The notes beneath the pieces were generated by a model. That model saw nothing but the letters and a program-made list of their open reading frames with translations, was not told the origin of the DNA and made no database searches. Below are positions 61,334-64,000 of a stretch of DNA of 64,000 nucleotides, in pieces. The stretch is from assembly GCA_905178155.1 (NCBI GenBank), contig CAJINV010000002.1, positions 8,389,224 to 8,453,223 of the forward strand. The letters run 5' to 3'. This stretch comes from Amoebophrya sp. A120. Taxonomy: Eukaryota > Protista > Dinoflagellata. Every line of letters begins with the position of its first letter. The first letter of the stretch is position 1. Position numbers and translations under genes: made by a program.

Positions 61334-61667
61334 TAAGTAAATGAACGTTGTAAAAGACTTGCTATGATGAAATTGGCCCCCTAGTGTCACACGGAGTGCT
61401 GCCTCATTATATTTTCGCATCAGCCGCGTCGTGTGGTAGACGTGAGGAACAGGAAGTTGTTGAGGTAATATCCATGTACTTACAACAATCACGAATAAAT
61501 TCATCGCTTTTCGTCCCCCCGGGTAGGAAAAAGAAAATGATCGCAGCGCATAAAGACAGATAGATACTGCTCTAGGAAAGCTGCAGCTGCCTGGGGGTGA
61601 GGAATAAAGTACTCGCGGTCGCGTCACAGTTTGGTTGACAAAGCGAATGCCTTATTTTCAGACAGCA

Positions 61668-63977
61668 CTACGGCGTGCGCCTCTGCTGCATATCGGCTTC
61701 ACCCTGGTTGCCGCGCGGTTCCGTTCGTCGGCGTTGCTCGAGCGTCCGCATTTCCTCCTGCCTCCTCAGAAACTCGGCCTGCTCGCGCTGCCGAATAATT
61801 TGCATTTGTCGCTGTCGCTCCAGTTGTTGACGCTGCTGTAGTTGCGCCCTCTGATGCTCCAGTTGCTGTTGCGCCAGCATCTGCTGCTGATGCAAGATCG
61901 CCGCATCAGAGGCGGGACCACTGCGGGTTCGAGGGCGATGATCGTCGTAAAGCGCTGGTGGTGGTCCTCTTTGTTGATACTGTTGACGGATTACAGCTCC
62001 GTGTTGCTGGCTCGGCGGATAATTGGCTGTTGGAGTTGGAGTTGGACCTCCTGGGTGTCCCCGATAGGCCACCGGTGTAGGTCTCCCTTGATGTAGTGTC
62101 CCAGCCGGACAACAAAGTGGGGTTTCCGTTTCCCCGGAGGTTGGCACCGACGATCCAGTGCCGGATGACGCAGAAGAGGTCGCTATCGAGGGAGGGGTCG
62201 CGGAAGAAATCATGGGGTTATTCTTGACAAGATCTCGTGCTCGTCTTCTGTCGTTGTCGTCGTTATTCACTATGATTGTCTTGGTCTTCACACCGGGGCC
62301 TGCAATTTTTGGAGGAGCAGGCGTGATAGAAGGTTCTTTAGCAGGTGGGTGTACAACAGGAGTCGGTGCTGTGGAAGTTGCCTGCGTGACCGGGGTGCCG
62401 GGCAGCTGCAGCGATGCGGGATCTCCACCATGCTGCGGGTGCGGTCCTCGCTGTGAACTGTCGCGATTGAGATTGTTAGCCATCCAAGGATGTTGTAGTT
62501 GATGTTGGTGGTGTTGCGCTCCTGGCTGGGGTTGTCTTTGCTGCAGCGGAACCTGCACCGTTCTACCTGGAGGTGGTGGACCTGGTCCATTATTTGTGTT
62601 AAGATTCGTCCTCGGTGGCGGACTGGCAAACAGATTGCGATGTTGGAAATCTCCTCGCTCTTGACGGGTCTCTATTCGTGGACCCGCCGCCGGGGCTCCC
62701 GCTGGTTGTGGTGCTGCGTTCGTTTTATTTCCAACATGAGCTGGTCCTGGTGCTGCCCCAGGATCATGCAGGTGCACACGTTGACCAGGAAGCAGCTGCT
62801 GCTGGACATGTTGCTGTCGCTGCCCCTGCAGCTGCCCTTGTGGATTACCAGCTCCTTGCTGGTGTGCCGGTGTCCGGCTGGGCTGCGCAGGAACGGGCTG
62901 CTGGGCGCGGCTGCCACCTCCCGTGTGTGGTGGAACAGGTGGTGGTCTATTCACAGTGCCAGCCCCTCCGGCGGGTCCTCTACCCCGTACAGTGCCAGCT
63001 CCCCCGGCGGGTCCGGGCTGTGCATGTCGTACTGGATTTGGTATCGTGCCACCAGGCTTGTTTGCTAGGTGGTGATCTACTTCTACTCCTGCTGTCGTCC
63101 CGCCAGCACAACAAAAATCTTGTTCAGCTAGGTTTTTGTTCGCTGCGTCGGGCGGGGAACCAGCGGCAGCTTTCTTTTTCATCCACGCGCCGCCGCGACC
63201 TTTGTTCGCTGCCGCTGCGTTATACTCCACATTCAAAAACACAGGCTCGAGTAAACCGGGCCTGGAGCTTTTGTTCAGACGCTTCTGGACGACCTCGTTT
63301 CGATCTCGTTTCGTTTCGTGAAAAATTTTCACGTCTTGAGCAGCAGGTGCGCTGTCTTGGACCGGCGCGGCTGCCCCGGGGGGTGTTGCAGCGCAATCGT
63401 TACCAAGCACCCCTGGAGCAGGTTGTTCCATCTGGGCACGATGCTGCAAAAGTTCTTGACCAGTGCTGGCGCCGTTTTCTAGTACAGCGTCGCTCGTTTT
63501 GGCGTTGGGTTGTAGTCGTTCTTGCGCGCTATGACCCAGGCCTTCCATCGCCCGGCCTGGACCTGTATCTGCAGCGTCCGGAGCAAGTGGCTCGAGGTTC
63601 TCACCAGGAGAAGGCTCACCAGCGGGTGGTGATGAGGATGTCACAACAGGGGCGGCGGCCGGTTGTACTTGCTCGTCAGCTGGCGGCAACAAGGAGATTT
63701 GTTCGACGCGCTGAAGGTCCTCCTCGTGCTCCAGCGTCGATGTTGCTGGTCGCGGTTTTTTCTTCACGAGCTTCGGAGGCTTGTGCAGGCCAGGTTTTCT
63801 GCTGTTCATCTTGTCGCTGTGATTTTGATTTATTGCTGAATCTCCTGTTCGTTCTATTGCGCGCGTCGAGTTGTTTTCCAGATTGCTCGTTCGCCCGACG
63901 TCTGTACCATGCAGCCCCCCTTGCGGATACAAAATGCGGCTTCCGATTTCCGCGACCACCCAGAATCCTAACACCAA
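61668..63977 (-). CDS. Hypothetical Pro/Gln-rich disordered protein
   Basis: 769-codon open frame on the same strand as all other genes; no recognisable domain; start uncertain (ATG at 63809 possible). Confidence 0.6.
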   Translation of the reverse strand: MVLGFWVVAEIGSRILYPQGGLHGTDVGRTSNLENNSTRAIERTGDSAINQNHSDKMNSRKPGLHKPPKLVKKKPRPATSTLEHEEDLQRVEQISLLPPADEQVQPAAAPVVTSSSPPAGEPSPGENLEPLAPDAADTGPGRAMEGLGHSAQERLQPNAKTSDAVLENGASTGQELLQHRAQMEQPAPGVLGNDCAATPPGAAAPVQDSAPAAQDVKIFHETKRDRNEVVQKRLNKSSRPGLLEPVFLNVEYNAAAANKGRGGAWMKKKAAAGSPPDAANKNLAEQDFCCAGGTTAGVEVDHHLANKPGGTIPNPVRHAQPGPAGGAGTVRGRGPAGGAGTVNRPPPVPPHTGGGSRAQQPVPAQPSRTPAHQQGAGNPQGQLQGQRQQHVQQQLLPGQRVHLHDPGAAPGPAHVGNKTNAAPQPAGAPAAGPRIETRQERGDFQHRNLFASPPPRTNLNTNNGPGPPPPGRTVQVPLQQRQPQPGAQHHQHQLQHPWMANNLNRDSSQRGPHPQHGGDPASLQLPGTPVTQATSTAPTPVVHPPAKEPSITPAPPKIAGPGVKTKTIIVNNDDNDRRRARDLVKNNPMISSATPPSIATSSASSGTGSSVPTSGETETPLCCPAGTLHQGRPTPVAYRGHPGGPTPTPTANYPPSQQHGAVIRQQYQQRGPPPALYDDHRPRTRSGPASDAAILHQQQMLAQQQLEHQRAQLQQRQQLERQRQMQIIRQREQAEFLRRQEEMRTLEQRRRTEPRGNQGEADMQQRRTP

Positions 63978-64000
63978 AAGGGCGAACCCACTGCCCCAGG

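Noticed and set aside
1-64000. Autonomous transposase or reverse transcriptase driving the introners
   Set aside because: No DDE, HUH or RT motifs recognised in any ORF; the mobilising enzyme must be encoded elsewhere.

Overview
Eukaryotic, intron-containing DNA in which every recognisable gene (about 15 protein genes plus tRNA-Sec and U6) lies on the minus strand. This layout and the intron type point to a dinoflagellate-lineage alveolate, most likely Amoebophrya/Syndiniales (inference). Genes: a partial alpha-kinase, an SNM1/beta-CASP + ATP-dependent DNA ligase fusion (LIG6-like), APRT, a UBC-like + 2OG-Fe(II) oxygenase fusion, a RING-TPR-DnaJ protein, casein kinase 1, Sec24, a laminin-IV-like secreted protein, p47/UBX and several hypotheticals. 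The main signal is 16 transposon-like insertions (146-322 bp, at least 8 sequence families) inside conserved coding sequence, plus one extragenic copy. Each has terminal inverted repeats ending TAT...ATA (3 have a one-base variant) and a 5-bp target-site duplication (TSD). Removing the element plus one TSD restores the reading frame exactly, yet only 1 of 16 can be drawn as GT-AG. They sit alongside ordinary GT-AG introns, and the U6 here is canonical. Such non-canonical introners are reported for Amoebophrya, but how they are excised is, to my knowledge, unresolved. This window adds clues: a GCAWNACAA motif shared across families, fixed orientation within families, and a constraint on the splice register. 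Also seen: a shared tRNA-Sec/U6 upstream element, two MITE-like elements and a telomere-like insertion. All gene models were assembled by hand.
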